Shown in pieces: positions 37,554 through 47,847 of a DNA stretch of 64,000 bases. How positions within the stretch are numbered: position 1 is the stretch's first letter; the number at the start of each line of letters is the position of its first letter. The position numbers and the translations under genes were made by a program. The notes under the pieces are model-generated. The model was not told the DNA's origin and ran no database searches. It saw nothing but the letters and a program-made list of their open reading frames with translations. Where the stretch lies: assembly GCA_963827655.1 (NCBI GenBank), contig CAWHCF010000036.1, positions 192,001-256,000 of the forward strand, read 5' to 3'. Source of the stretch: an uncultured Acidobacteriota bacterium. Lineage in GTDB: Bacteria > Acidobacteriota > UBA6911.

Positions 37554-38495
37554 ATGGTTAACAGATCGGCGCCATGGATTTGTGTGATCCTGGCGCTTGC
37601 ACTTGCGCAGGAGCGGGTATCCGGTCAGGCGACCGATCGCATGCCGTCGATCTCGGAACAAGTCTCGGCCATCGAGATGACTGTCTCCAGGGCCCGCGAC
37701 GGCCGTGAAACGGCCGCCGCGGTGCGGAGACCGCCGGGCCGGTCAGGACCTCTCCCGGCCGTCGTGCTGTTTCATGGCGGTTTGGACGAGTGGCCGGTCA
37801 CCAGGTTGAAGCGGGCGGTGCTCAATCAACCACTGCCCGCTTTTTTCCTGGCCGAAGGCTATATGATCGTCCAGGCCACTTACCGGAGCCGGAGTGAGGA
37901 CCCACAGTCTCCGAAAACCGTGTGGGACGCCGTCGCGATGGTCGAGCACGTCAAGCAGCTTCCCGGTGTCGATCCCAGGAGTGTCGTGATCTGGGGCACA
38001 AGCGGTGGGGGAAGCCTGGCTTTCGAGCTGGCGGCCGAGATCGAGGTCGCCGCGATCGGCGTGTGGGAGCCGGGCACGATCATTTTTTCGGGAATGCTCA
38101 CCAAGGGGAACCAGGTTGGCAAGGTTTTGTCTCCTGATCCACGGCGTTACTGGACACCCGAGATCGAACGACGCACGCAGGAAAGGCTCCGGCGACTCAG
38201 CTGTCCGATCTTCGTCGGCCATGGCGACGTGCATCCGCTCAAGGAACTCAACTTCAAGTTGTTTTTCCCCGAACTGTTGAGAGTGGGGAAGCCGGTTCAG
38301 ATCAACGTCTATCCCGGAATGCAACATGGAATTTTTTACTGGTACGACAAGGACCGGTTGCCATACATCAAGAGCTTCTTCGACGATTGCAATTACATGT
38401 TCAAAAAATACCTTGCGACCCAACCGGTTCCGATGGATCCCAGCGCGATCCAGTGGGTGCCCGACAGCCCCGCGAATACGATATTGGAGCGATAA
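37554..38495 (+). CDS. Secreted alpha/beta hydrolase (copy 1)
   Basis: Signal peptide, LPAVVLFHGG, GTSGGG nucleophile elbow, PGMQHG. Confidence 0.85.
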   Translation: MVNRSAPWICVILALALAQERVSGQATDRMPSISEQVSAIEMTVSRARDGRETAAAVRRPPGRSGPLPAVVLFHGGLDEWPVTRLKRAVLNQPLPAFFLAEGYMIVQATYRSRSEDPQSPKTVWDAVAMVEHVKQLPGVDPRSVVIWGTSGGGSLAFELAAEIEVAAIGVWEPGTIIFSGMLTKGNQVGKVLSPDPRRYWTPEIERRTQERLRRLSCPIFVGHGDVHPLKELNFKLFFPELLRVGKPVQINVYPGMQHGIFYWYDKDRLPYIKSFFDDCNYMFKKYLATQPVPMDPSAIQWVPDSPANTILER

Positions 38496-38550
38496 GACTT
38501 TTCTGGCACGATTGGTGTTTCTGCGTATCTTTGTATCCTGGAGGAGATTG

Positions 38551-39726
38551 ATGATGCTTTCGAGAGCGATTGCGGTGCTGTGGGTGTTCGGGATCGCTTC
38601 CCTGTCCCACGGCGCCGAGAAGGTGTCCATGCAGCCGACGCCCAACGGTGGCATCCGGCCTCAGGTGGTCGTCGACGGAAAGGGTGTCGTGCACCTGGTC
38701 TACGCGTGGAATCCGAATCCGGGCGAAAGGCCGGGCGGCGACAACCTCGCCTACGTGCGCAAGGAACCGGGCCAGAGCGAGTTCTCGAAACCGATCGATG
38801 TGAACAGTGTTCCGCGCAGCGTCTATCCCCTGGTCCCGTCTGAAATGGTGGTCGGCCGCGACGGACGTGTCCACGTCTCCTGGGCCGCCTCTCCCCGATA
38901 CTTCCGCGAGCGCGCGAGCGAGGGAGGAGAGAGGCGCTTGAAATATTTGTTCTACACCCGGCTGAATGACGCCCGGACCGCCTTCGAAGAACAGCGTAAC
39001 ATCGCCGGCGACACGTTCGGCTTCGAGATGGCGTCGGCGATCGTGGCGAATTCCAAGGGGGACGTACATCTGTTCTGGGGCGGCAACCACGCGGATCACG
39101 GTGCCGGCGACGCAAACCGAAAAGTCTTCGGCATCCACTCTAAAGACGAGGGGAGCACGTTCTCTCCCGTTGAAGCTGTCTGGGACGACGGCAAGGGCGC
39201 ATGCATGTGCTGTACGACCGAGGCAATGGAGACCGACGCCGGGACGATACTCCTGATTTACAGATCGGCCGAGAAAAACGTCAATCGCGACACGTATCTG
39301 CTGACCTCGAAGGATCAAGGTAAGACATTCGCGGGACAACGAGTCGACGGCTGGGAGATCAACGCCTGCCCGATGACGAGTTACGGCCTGGTCGAAACTC
39401 GTCTGGGCGTCTTCTTCGCGTGGGAAACCAAGGGCCTCGTCCAGCTCGCGCGAACCGCCGCCGGCAAGATAGTTACTCCTGTCTCTCCGAGCGGGGAGGG
39501 TCACGAGCGGAAGTTCCCGAGCGTCGCGGCAAACTCCAAGGGCGAGATCCTTCTGGCCTGGACCGAGGACTCCCACTACCGGAAGGCCGGAGACCTGGCC
39601 TGGCAGGTGTTCGACAAGAACGGAAACCCGACCGAGGAAAAAGGAACCGCGAAAGGCGTGATCCGGGCGGCGGCAATGCCTGCGGTCTATCCGAATCCTG
39701 ATGGTACTTTTGTGATCCTTTACTAG
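38551..39726 (+). CDS. Secreted BNR/Asp-box beta-propeller protein with CxCC and CPM motifs
   Basis: GGAGG RBS, Asp-boxes SKDEGSTF and SKDQGKTF, ACMCC, WEINACPM. Confidence 0.8.
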   Translation: MMLSRAIAVLWVFGIASLSHGAEKVSMQPTPNGGIRPQVVVDGKGVVHLVYAWNPNPGERPGGDNLAYVRKEPGQSEFSKPIDVNSVPRSVYPLVPSEMVVGRDGRVHVSWAASPRYFRERASEGGERRLKYLFYTRLNDARTAFEEQRNIAGDTFGFEMASAIVANSKGDVHLFWGGNHADHGAGDANRKVFGIHSKDEGSTFSPVEAVWDDGKGACMCCTTEAMETDAGTILLIYRSAEKNVNRDTYLLTSKDQGKTFAGQRVDGWEINACPMTSYGLVETRLGVFFAWETKGLVQLARTAAGKIVTPVSPSGEGHERKFPSVAANSKGEILLAWTEDSHYRKAGDLAWQVFDKNGNPTEEKGTAKGVIRAAAMPAVYPNPDGTFVILY

Positions 39727-39861
39727 CTTATGAACTACTTACGTCGCTTGCCTGGTTTTTTGAGACAGCCCTTTGGCAGTAGATCCGTCTCGGCCATTTT
39801 AGCTTTGACGGACGCAGATCGCCGGTATCTCACGGGGCCGCGGAGACACAGCTACACAAAG

Positions 39862-40308
39862 ATGTTCAAATTTTATGTCTGTGCTTTTCTCTGTGGCGCT
39901 GTGACTCTGTGGCCGTCTGATTCGCAACTGGCTTCAACGGGCGGAGGTCCTGCGGCAGTCCGGCCCATAGCCGTAACGGACGCGAACTTCGCGGCCGAGG
40001 TGGAGCGGTCCAAAGAGCTCGTTCTAATCGAATTCTGGGCCGACTGGTGCGGTCCGTGTCACGCCCTGATTCCGATCCTGGACGCCATGGCGGCGGAGTA
40101 TGCCGGCCGGGTGAAAATCTGCAAGGTGGATGTCAGCGACGAGAACAGCAATCCCGCGCTTGCCCAGCGGTTCAATCCCAATCCCCTCCCTTGCCTGGTC
40201 CTTTTCAAGAACGGTCGTGAGATCGATCGGAGCTACGGCGTCGATCCGAAGCAGCCGGACGCGAAGGCCTTCTTTCGAAGTTGGTTCGAGCGGAACCTGG
40301 CGCGCTGA
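39862..40308 (+). CDS. Thioredoxin with N-terminal signal-like extension
   Basis: EFWADWCGPC active site, KICKVDV, LVLFKNG. Confidence 0.9.
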   Translation: MFKFYVCAFLCGAVTLWPSDSQLASTGGGPAAVRPIAVTDANFAAEVERSKELVLIEFWADWCGPCHALIPILDAMAAEYAGRVKICKVDVSDENSNPALAQRFNPNPLPCLVLFKNGREIDRSYGVDPKQPDAKAFFRSWFERNLAR

Positions 40309-40546
40309 GCCGCGCGTTGGAGTGACGACCGTCAGCTTCCTCCCGGTCGGCCAGGAACAAATTCAGCGAACTCTCACCTGTAGAATGTCGCAGACAGTAT
40401 CTCGAGCGTCGTTGAGAGGGCCAAGGCTCGGCACTGGAGTCTGAAGTCGAGGCTGAGCTGGAGTGCCACTAACCGAGGGCCGAAGCCGGCATTGATAGCC
40501 CCGCTCTAGATTGGAGTAGTGCTGAGCGGGTCATGGCATGAGACTT

Positions 40547-40617
40547 GCCTCAAAACGAGTTCATTTGTTGCCACTGGGGGTCGGACGGGCTTGATAGCCC
40601 GTCCGCACATGTATCGG
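40547..40617. repeat. REP-doublet element, copy 2 (partial)
   Basis: GGACGGGCTTGATAGCCCGTCCGCACATGTATCGG, identical to the copy at ~48701-48736; lies between convergent genes. Confidence 0.82.
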
Positions 40618-40654
40618 GAAGGCTTTGCGAACTTGTGACGTGCCGTGGATCCGA

Positions 40655-41593
40655 TCAGCGCATGACACCTTGCCCGGGCGGATCGGGCACCCATTGGACC
40701 TGGGAGCGATCCAATGGAACCGGCTGCGTCGGCAGAAACCTCCGGAAAAAGCTCTCCTCTTCCTCGAAGGTGCGCTGCAGCTTCTCGATCCTGCCTTCTG
40801 CAGAATACCAGGAGAGCCCGTGCGGCATTCCGGGGTGGATGCTGATCGTTACCTTCTTGCCGGCGTTCAGGAGCTCGGGGAAGAAGAAGTCGAAATTAAG
40901 CTTCTTGAGAGGGTGAACGTCGCCGTGGGTCACGATGACGGGACACCGGATCTTGGCGAGCTTCTCCCGCGTGAGTTGCCGGTGCCGATCCGTAAAATAC
41001 TTGGCGGGGTCGGCCATGATCGGCTTGGCGCTCCCCTCTTCATCCGGCCCACTTTTCGTCATCATCCCGGTGAAAAGAACCGTGGCCGGCTCCCACGCGG
41101 CGACCGCGGCAAGATCGGTTTCTCCCGCCAACTCGAGGACGAGACTGCCGCCACCGCTTCCTCCCCAGGCGACGATGCTCTTCGGGTCGACCTGAGGCAG
41201 CTTCTTGACCTCCTCGACCACCGCGAGAAAATCCCACAGCGCGCCGGGCGCCTGAGGGTCTTCTCTGCGGTCGCGCCATGTGGTGAGAACCGTGATGTAC
41301 CCCGCAGCCAGGAAATAAGCGGGATAGGGTTGTTCGGTCGCTCCCTTCTTCAGTTGTTCGGCGGACCACTCACTAAGCCCGCCATGGGACAGAACGACCG
41401 CCGGCAGCTTCCCCCGGGAGGTCGGGTAGCGCACGACGGCCCGCGTCACGTGTCCGTCGCGGGCCGTGGCGGTGATCACCTTCATCGGAGAAACCTGCTC
41501 GGACACGTGAGGCCGCTTGTCGACCGCTCGGGCCTGAGAGGCCACTGAACTTGCCAGCACGAGCATGGCCAGGAATGAGGCAATTCGTTTCAT
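40655..41593 (-). CDS. Secreted alpha/beta hydrolase (copy 2, paralog of 37554-38495)
   Basis: Shared motifs SEQVS, ARDG, LPAVVLxHGG, GGSGGG, WEP, HGDVHPLK.LNF, TQPVP.D...QWVPD. Confidence 0.87.
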   Translation of the reverse strand: MKRIASFLAMLVLASSVASQARAVDKRPHVSEQVSPMKVITATARDGHVTRAVVRYPTSRGKLPAVVLSHGGLSEWSAEQLKKGATEQPYPAYFLAAGYITVLTTWRDRREDPQAPGALWDFLAVVEEVKKLPQVDPKSIVAWGGSGGGSLVLELAGETDLAAVAAWEPATVLFTGMMTKSGPDEEGSAKPIMADPAKYFTDRHRQLTREKLAKIRCPVIVTHGDVHPLKKLNFDFFFPELLNAGKKVTISIHPGMPHGLSWYSAEGRIEKLQRTFEEEESFFRRFLPTQPVPLDRSQVQWVPDPPGQGVMR

Positions 41594-41606
41594 AAGATTC
41601 TTCCTT

Positions 41607-44600
41607 TCAGAACAGGAATCGCAGCCCAAACTGAATCACTCGCGGGGCGGCCGTCGTCGAGCTGATGACGCCGAAGGTCGCCGGCGTGGCGATGGCGGTT
41701 CCCGGAAGTCCGAAATTGGTCTGGTTCAGCGCGTTGAAGAATTCCGTTCGGAATTCGAGGAACCGTTCTTCGCCCAGGGCTACCCGTTTGGAAACGCCGA
41801 GATCCAGGTTACTCTGCCCTGGCCCTCTCAGAATGTTCGACCCCGTGTTGCCAAAAATCGTGCCGGCCTGCGAGACCGGGAAACCGTCGGGAGTCGTCTG
41901 GCCTGCCGCAACGGTGGGAGCTCGCACGAATGCCGCAGGATTGAAATACTGGTTCAGACGGGATTGCGTGGAACCTGATAAGGTCGCGGTTTCGGCCGTG
42001 GCGCCCGCAGCGAAGCTCGCCCTCCCGCCGGCATTTCCGTACAGAGTGCCTGCAGTGCTGTCCCCGATGCCATAGGGTGGGCCCGATTGCACCGCCCACA
42101 CGCCGGAGAGCTGCCAGCCTCCAAAGACTTTCTGAAGCGCGGAAGTGCTCCCACGATAGAAGGGAAGCTCGTACAGGAAGCTGGTCACAAAGCGGTGGGT
42201 GCGATCGAAGCCGACCAGCCCGTAGCCGGTTCCCCGGACATTGTGCTGGTCCTGGGCGAGATTGCCGAAGCTGCCGGCAAAGTCCCCGAACGCGTCTCCT
42301 CCGTCAACCGTGCCGAGACTCTTCGAATAGGTGTAGGAGGCGAGCAGGCCCAATCCATGACTCATCCGTTTGGTGAGACTCGCCTGCAGCGAATTGTAGT
42401 TGGAAATCCCGGTGTTCTCGTTGCTCCAGGTGGTGTTGGCAAAGCCCAGCCATTGGGCCCTCATCACCGCGTTTGCGGGCGTGTTGGTCGTGATGCCGTT
42501 GATGGGATGCTCCGGACTCGCGAGAGCTGCCTGATTCTTGGTTATCGAAAGGTATAGCTTCGTGCCTCTGGAGCCGACGTATCCCATTTCCAGCAGGAGG
42601 TCGCTGGTAAACGCATACTGCACGTTCAGGCTGTAGGTCTGAAAATAGGGGGTTCGGCTCAAAGGGTCGAGGAATCCCCTGGATACGGTGGCTCCCGCGA
42701 AAGGGGGTCCGGGGATGATCGAGAGAGAGATGGGGGAATCCGGCGGCGGCACCGGCGGAAAAGGATTGTCCAGGGTGGAGGCCGCATTGTCGATACCACT
42801 GCGCAGGAGGGGAGCCTGAATCAGACCACTCTCCAGAATCACGGGAAGGAAACTTTTCTTGTCGTAGTAGATTCCGTATCCGCCGCGAATGACCGTGTTT
42901 TTCCAGGACTGATAGGCGAAACCGAAACGCGGGGCAAAGTTGTTCCGGTCTGACGAGTCGAGAAACGTCTTGTTGACGAGGGGGATACCCTCAAGGGGAA
43001 ACGCCGTATTCTCCGGAAGCACCCAGCCGGCCGAACTGAATCCGCCCGGCGGAGGTACGCGATACAGGCGCGGATCGAAGTTGGCCCCATAACCGTGCGC
43101 ATCCCACATGTCGCCCAGGAACTCCCAGCGCAGCCCCAGATTCAGGGTCAGCCGGGGATGGACCTTCCAGTCGTCAGCCAGGAAGAAGCTTTGATCCCAG
43201 GCACGTGTCGCCCGGTAGTTGAACCTCGCTGTGGCGGCGATGTTGATCTGGTTGATATTGCTGAAAGTAGTCCCGTTGCCGCCCTGATCGATAGGGCCTG
43301 CCCGGCGTCCCAGGAGAAAGTCGGCGAAAGACTGAATCCGCATGATCCCGACCTGCTGGCCACGGAAAGTATTGATATTGACCTGAAGCCTCTTGGTTTC
43401 GGCTCCTGCTCGAAGTTCATGCCTCCCCCGTCGGAAAGACAGGACATCACCAAAGGAAAAGGTGTTCGTGACTTGACGCGAATTATTGCCCTGAGTGCCA
43501 AAGGCGTACGCACCCGTAATAATGATGGAGGGCATCGCAGGATACACGTCCTGATAGGGACGGTATATCCCCACGTCGGTGTCCCGGAGTGCTTCGCCGC
43601 TGTTGTTGATACGTCCGGTCCGGGTATAGCCGAGCCGTGCCTCGTTGATGGTCCTGGCTCCGAAGAAATGGGTATCGCCCAGTGAAAGATTCTGGTTATC
43701 GAAGTCTATGTTGGTAGGGAAGCCCGGAAGGTTTATACCGTTATAAATTCCCTCTTCGCGGATCGAGTCGGCGAAAAAGTATTTGCCTGCCAGACGGTTG
43801 CGCTCGCTGACTTTATAATCGAGGTTGGCGTTGAACTGGTCCTCATGGAAAACAGCCGGTATAGAAACGGCATAGTTGACGCCCGGACCCTGGTGCTGCG
43901 GACTGGGAAGGAGAAACTCACCCCCGGGGAGCTTGTAATTCAGCAACCTGAGAGCGACCGGGTGAATGTTAGAGCCATCGGGAGCGATCGCCAGCCCACC
44001 CCGTATTCCCGTTTGACCACCGAAGACAGCCCCCAGGCTCGCCGGGCTTCGGTCCTGCGGTACCGGCGGCAGTACGATCTGGCGGGTGGAGGACAGAGAG
44101 GAACCATTCAGCTGGCGAGTTCCCTCATACGACGAGAAGAAGAACAGCCGATCCTTCAGGACCGGTCCGCCGACTGTCCCTCCAAACTGATTCTGGCGCA
44201 GGATGGGACGGGGCGCGTCAAGACTGTTGAAGAAGAACTGATTGGCGTTGAGAACTTCGTTCCGGAAGAACTCGTAGAGGCTCCCATGAAATGCCGAGGT
44301 TCCGGACCTGGTCACGATGGCCACGTTGGCGCCGGCATTTCTGCCATAGGACGCATCGTAGAGTCCAGTCTGAACCTTGAACTCGTGAATCGTTTCGACG
44401 GATGGCGTTGACACTCCCGCCTGAATTCCAGGCCCGGAATTCGAGGCCGAATTCGTGTAGGGATTGTTGGCGTCGACGCCGTTGATGGTGTAACTGTTGC
44501 CCAGCTGGTAGACCCCGTTGGTAAACACGTTGCGCGTGCCTTTCCCCAGGGCCGAGCTGTCCGGCAGGGCCATCGTCGTTCCGGGAGAGAGGGCGCTCAA

Positions 44601-45137
44601 CTGTGTGAAATTGCGCGTGACCAGGGGCAACTCGGTGATCTGGCGTGAGTCCACAACCCGCCCCATGGCTGGGCTGTTGGTCTGAAGGATGGACGCGTCC
44701 CCTGTGATCGTGACCACTTCGTCCCGTGTCGACACTTCCAGCGCGACGTCCACCACCGATGTCTCCGTGACTCGAACCGTCACGCCGTCCCGGATAACCG
44801 TCTTGAAGCCAGGCATGGAAACCTTGATGCGATAGCTGCCCGGATTAAGCAACTGGAAGCCATAGAGTCCTTCAGTGCCCGTTATGGTCTCGCGCATCTC
44901 TCCGGTGTCGGTCTGGTTGATTTGAACCGAGACGCCTGGAATGATTCCCCCGGATGCGTCCTTCACCGTTCCCGTTATGGCACCCGTGTTCGCAGTCTGC
45001 GCCATCAGACTGCTGCCCGGAATCAGCCACAATAGAACCAGCGCGCAGAACAATACCCTCAACGAACAAGCGTCCAGGCGTTCGGCCTTGAGCCGCACCC
45101 ATCCGCTTCCACCTATCGGTTCCCTCTTGATCTTCAT
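41607..45137 (-). CDS. Oar-like TonB-dependent receptor (copy 2), intact
   Basis: GAITGTVKDASGG, ELPLVTRNFTQL, YEFFRNEVLNANQFF, NFAPRFGFA, QFGLRFLF. Confidence 0.93.
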   Translation of the reverse strand: MKIKREPIGGSGWVRLKAERLDACSLRVLFCALVLLWLIPGSSLMAQTANTGAITGTVKDASGGIIPGVSVQINQTDTGEMRETITGTEGLYGFQLLNPGSYRIKVSMPGFKTVIRDGVTVRVTETSVVDVALEVSTRDEVVTITGDASILQTNSPAMGRVVDSRQITELPLVTRNFTQLSALSPGTTMALPDSSALGKGTRNVFTNGVYQLGNSYTINGVDANNPYTNSASNSGPGIQAGVSTPSVETIHEFKVQTGLYDASYGRNAGANVAIVTRSGTSAFHGSLYEFFRNEVLNANQFFFNSLDAPRPILRQNQFGGTVGGPVLKDRLFFFSSYEGTRQLNGSSLSSTRQIVLPPVPQDRSPASLGAVFGGQTGIRGGLAIAPDGSNIHPVALRLLNYKLPGGEFLLPSPQHQGPGVNYAVSIPAVFHEDQFNANLDYKVSERNRLAGKYFFADSIREEGIYNGINLPGFPTNIDFDNQNLSLGDTHFFGARTINEARLGYTRTGRINNSGEALRDTDVGIYRPYQDVYPAMPSIIITGAYAFGTQGNNSRQVTNTFSFGDVLSFRRGRHELRAGAETKRLQVNINTFRGQQVGIMRIQSFADFLLGRRAGPIDQGGNGTTFSNINQINIAATARFNYRATRAWDQSFFLADDWKVHPRLTLNLGLRWEFLGDMWDAHGYGANFDPRLYRVPPPGGFSSAGWVLPENTAFPLEGIPLVNKTFLDSSDRNNFAPRFGFAYQSWKNTVIRGGYGIYYDKKSFLPVILESGLIQAPLLRSGIDNAASTLDNPFPPVPPPDSPISLSIIPGPPFAGATVSRGFLDPLSRTPYFQTYSLNVQYAFTSDLLLEMGYVGSRGTKLYLSITKNQAALASPEHPINGITTNTPANAVMRAQWLGFANTTWSNENTGISNYNSLQASLTKRMSHGLGLLASYTYSKSLGTVDGGDAFGDFAGSFGNLAQDQHNVRGTGYGLVGFDRTHRFVTSFLYELPFYRGSTSALQKVFGGWQLSGVWAVQSGPPYGIGDSTAGTLYGNAGGRASFAAGATAETATLSGSTQSRLNQYFNPAAFVRAPTVAAGQTTPDGFPVSQAGTIFGNTGSNILRGPGQSNLDLGVSKRVALGEERFLEFRTEFFNALNQTNFGLPGTAIATPATFGVISSTTAAPRVIQFGLRFLF

Positions 45138-45857
45138 TAAAACGAGACTCCCATGTTGCGGCGGCGAGCCAGGACGCTCCAAGCCGATTTGAAATCTGCC
45201 CTTCTCTGCTCAGGTTCTGCAGCGCGTATGATCGGGACGAGACAGGTGCCCGGAGATGATTCACGATAGCCAGCATCCGTGGCTCGGTCCGGTTTATCCC
45301 GATCGTGTCAAATCGCCAGCCGCAGTAGCAGGTGAATTGAATTGTTCGAAGATAATCTTAGTCCCCAAGAACAAAACGTCAACAGAAATTGTCCACAAGT
45401 GGTGTTGAATTGTTCTCAAATCAGGTTAGAATTGTCCCCAATTCTCGGTAGCCGGCTCTTCCCATCTCGCGCTCTTTGTTCCTGCTCGAACCGGGATCGA
45501 CGCCGAGATAAGAAAAGGGGATGGCCGGACCGGCGTGGCCGGACTCTATGGCCTGGGGAGGCGCATGCGGAGAGAATGCGAGTCCGAATCAGGAATCTGT
45601 CTCGATGTGCCGCACCTTCGGCGGGCGTAATTTCTAAGACCGTGCAACTCTTTTCCCGGCCTTGCGGCGCGGGCCTATCACTGCCGAGCACCTGTGCGCC
45701 TGAGGGACATTGGTTACTTCGCCGGTCGCGGCAGCAAGCTGCCGAGGCACAAGTGCGCAAGCAGTAGCTTGCGCACTTCAAAATTGACTCAAGGTCGTTC
45801 ACCGCCGTACATGTCTGATATCGGGAATTCTAACCCGATGACTTGGGAGCAAGACTC

Positions 45858-46241
45858 ATGAAACAAGCGACACGGTCGGCGGTTGCGTCTTACGCTCGCG
45901 ACGCGCGTTTTGAACCTGACGACACCATACGCACCTGGCTGCGGTTCCGCGATCTCGGTGTGGCCCAGGCGACCGAAGGCAAGTTCCACGCCTACGTCAC
46001 CCGCGCCGCCGAGTTGGGGAAATCCACCGGCTGGCATTACCACAAGTTTGATTTCCAGTTGATCTTTTGTCTGAAGGGCTGGGTGAAGATGCAGTACGAG
46101 GGGGGTCAGGAAGTCACACTGGGTCCCGGCGATTCCGTGTACCAGCCGCCCGGAGTTGTCCATAACCTGGTCGACTACTCGGAAGACATGGAGATCCTCG
46201 AGATCGAATCTCCTCACGGGATCGTCACTGTCGATGTCTGA
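45858..46241 (+). CDS. Cupin-domain protein
   Basis: TGWHYH..FQLIFCLKGW, PGDSVYQPPGVVH, EILEIESP. Confidence 0.85.
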   Translation: MKQATRSAVASYARDARFEPDDTIRTWLRFRDLGVAQATEGKFHAYVTRAAELGKSTGWHYHKFDFQLIFCLKGWVKMQYEGGQEVTLGPGDSVYQPPGVVHNLVDYSEDMEILEIESPHGIVTVDV

Positions 46242-46250
46242 CCCGCGACG

Positions 46251-47753
46251 ATGATCCCCCTCTCGACAGTGGACTGGCTGATCTGCCTGGGCTACCTGGC
46301 CGCGGTGATCGTGGTGGGGTTCTGGTGTGCTCGCAGATCCACTACCGAAGAAGATTACTTCGTAGGATCGCGCAGAATGAGCTGGTGGCTCATCGGAGTT
46401 TCGCTGTTTGCTACCGGCTTCAGCTCACTCTCTTTCGTGGGGCTGCCGCGCGAGGCCGCCTACGCGGACTACCACCTCTTCCTCGCGATTCTGCTCATTC
46501 CTGTCTGGGTGGCTCCCGTCGTCGGCCGGGTTTTCATTCCCATCTACCACAGGCTGCGGTTGACCAGCGCCTATGAGTACCTCGAGCGCCGCTTCAACCG
46601 GCAAACGCGGCTGGCGGGAAGCGGTCTCTACACGGTCTACTGCCTGGGCTGGTTGGGCTCGATGCTGTACGCCGTCGGTCTGGTTGTGGCAGTGGCCCTC
46701 GGTCTTGCGGATGACCAGATCATCCGGATAGTGGTCGTAGTCGGTCTCTTAACCACCATCTACACGGTGGTGGGAGGATTCACAGGAGTGATCTGGAACG
46801 ACCTGCTGCAGGCTGTCACGCTGGCGGTGGGGATTGCAATCGTGCTGACCACCGCAGTTGGCCAGATCGATCGCGGCTGGATCGGAGTATGGGAACTGGC
46901 GCAGCTCCATGACAAGCTGCAGATGTTCGACTTGCATCTCGATCTCCCCTCTGGCGGAACCTTCTTTTCGGCGGCGGCTCTCGGGTTGTTCACCTTCCTG
47001 GGAATCTTCGCGGTCGAGCAGGTCATGGTCCAGCAGTACGTCGCAATGCCGGATGTTGCGAGCGCGCGCCGCGCCTTGTGGCTCACCGCGCTCATCGTAG
47101 TCTGCGTCGATCTTATGTTCTTCGTGGTAGGAACCACGGTTTTTGCTTACTACCACCAGTCCCTGCCGGCGAACGCCCCGGCGGGAAGCGGTTTCCCTCC
47201 TCTTGCGCGGCAGGACCAGCTGCTCCCACTCTTCATCAAAACCGAAGTTGGGTTTCCCGGGCTGACGGGTGCCTTCCTGGCCGGCCTGTTCGCAGCGGCA
47301 ATGAGCAGCCTTGCCGGAGGTTTGAACTGCCTGACGGCGCTTCTCGTCTGCGACTGGCTCCCGGGACGGAAGCTCCGCGCCGGCGCGACACGCCTGATCT
47401 CAGCCCTGTTCGGGCTCGCGGTTACGGGCGCGTCGCTCCTGGTCCCGCACATTGGAAAGAATGTCTACGAGATCATTGTCAAGATCATGGGCACACTGAG
47501 TGGCCCGCTGCTCGGAGTCTTTCTGCTCGGCATCCTCACTCGCCGCGCGAACTCAGCCGGCGCCCTCGCCGGGCTGGCCGGAGGACTTGCGTTCAGCGTC
47601 TGGCTTATCTTCCAATCGGTCGTGTCCTACTGGTGGTTCAGTGCCATCACCACCTTTGCCACGATCACGATCGGCCTGGTCGTGAGCCAGTTCTTGCCGC
47701 CTCGTCCGGCACATGAACTCGAGGGACTCGTCCTGCGTCGGTCCCTTGAGTAG
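46251..47753 (+). CDS. Sodium:solute symporter (SSS, SiaT-like clade)
   Basis: EDYFVGSR.M, SLFAT..S..SFVGLP, SAYEYLERRF, GGFTGVIWND, FAAAMSS. Confidence 0.92.
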   Translation: MIPLSTVDWLICLGYLAAVIVVGFWCARRSTTEEDYFVGSRRMSWWLIGVSLFATGFSSLSFVGLPREAAYADYHLFLAILLIPVWVAPVVGRVFIPIYHRLRLTSAYEYLERRFNRQTRLAGSGLYTVYCLGWLGSMLYAVGLVVAVALGLADDQIIRIVVVVGLLTTIYTVVGGFTGVIWNDLLQAVTLAVGIAIVLTTAVGQIDRGWIGVWELAQLHDKLQMFDLHLDLPSGGTFFSAAALGLFTFLGIFAVEQVMVQQYVAMPDVASARRALWLTALIVVCVDLMFFVVGTTVFAYYHQSLPANAPAGSGFPPLARQDQLLPLFIKTEVGFPGLTGAFLAGLFAAAMSSLAGGLNCLTALLVCDWLPGRKLRAGATRLISALFGLAVTGASLLVPHIGKNVYEIIVKIMGTLSGPLLGVFLLGILTRRANSAGALAGLAGGLAFSVWLIFQSVVSYWWFSAITTFATITIGLVVSQFLPPRPAHELEGLVLRRSLE

Positions 47754-47847
47754 AGCGGCTTGGTCTGTGGCGCGGGCCATAATGAGGCCGTCGCAAAACG
47801 TAGATTCCCCTGGTAGTCATGGCTCAGACCTTCTTCCGAGCACCCTG

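Noticed and set aside
33905-45137. Invertible segment or assembly-made inverted duplication
   Set aside because: The paralogs are diverged throughout and no recombinase is nearby.
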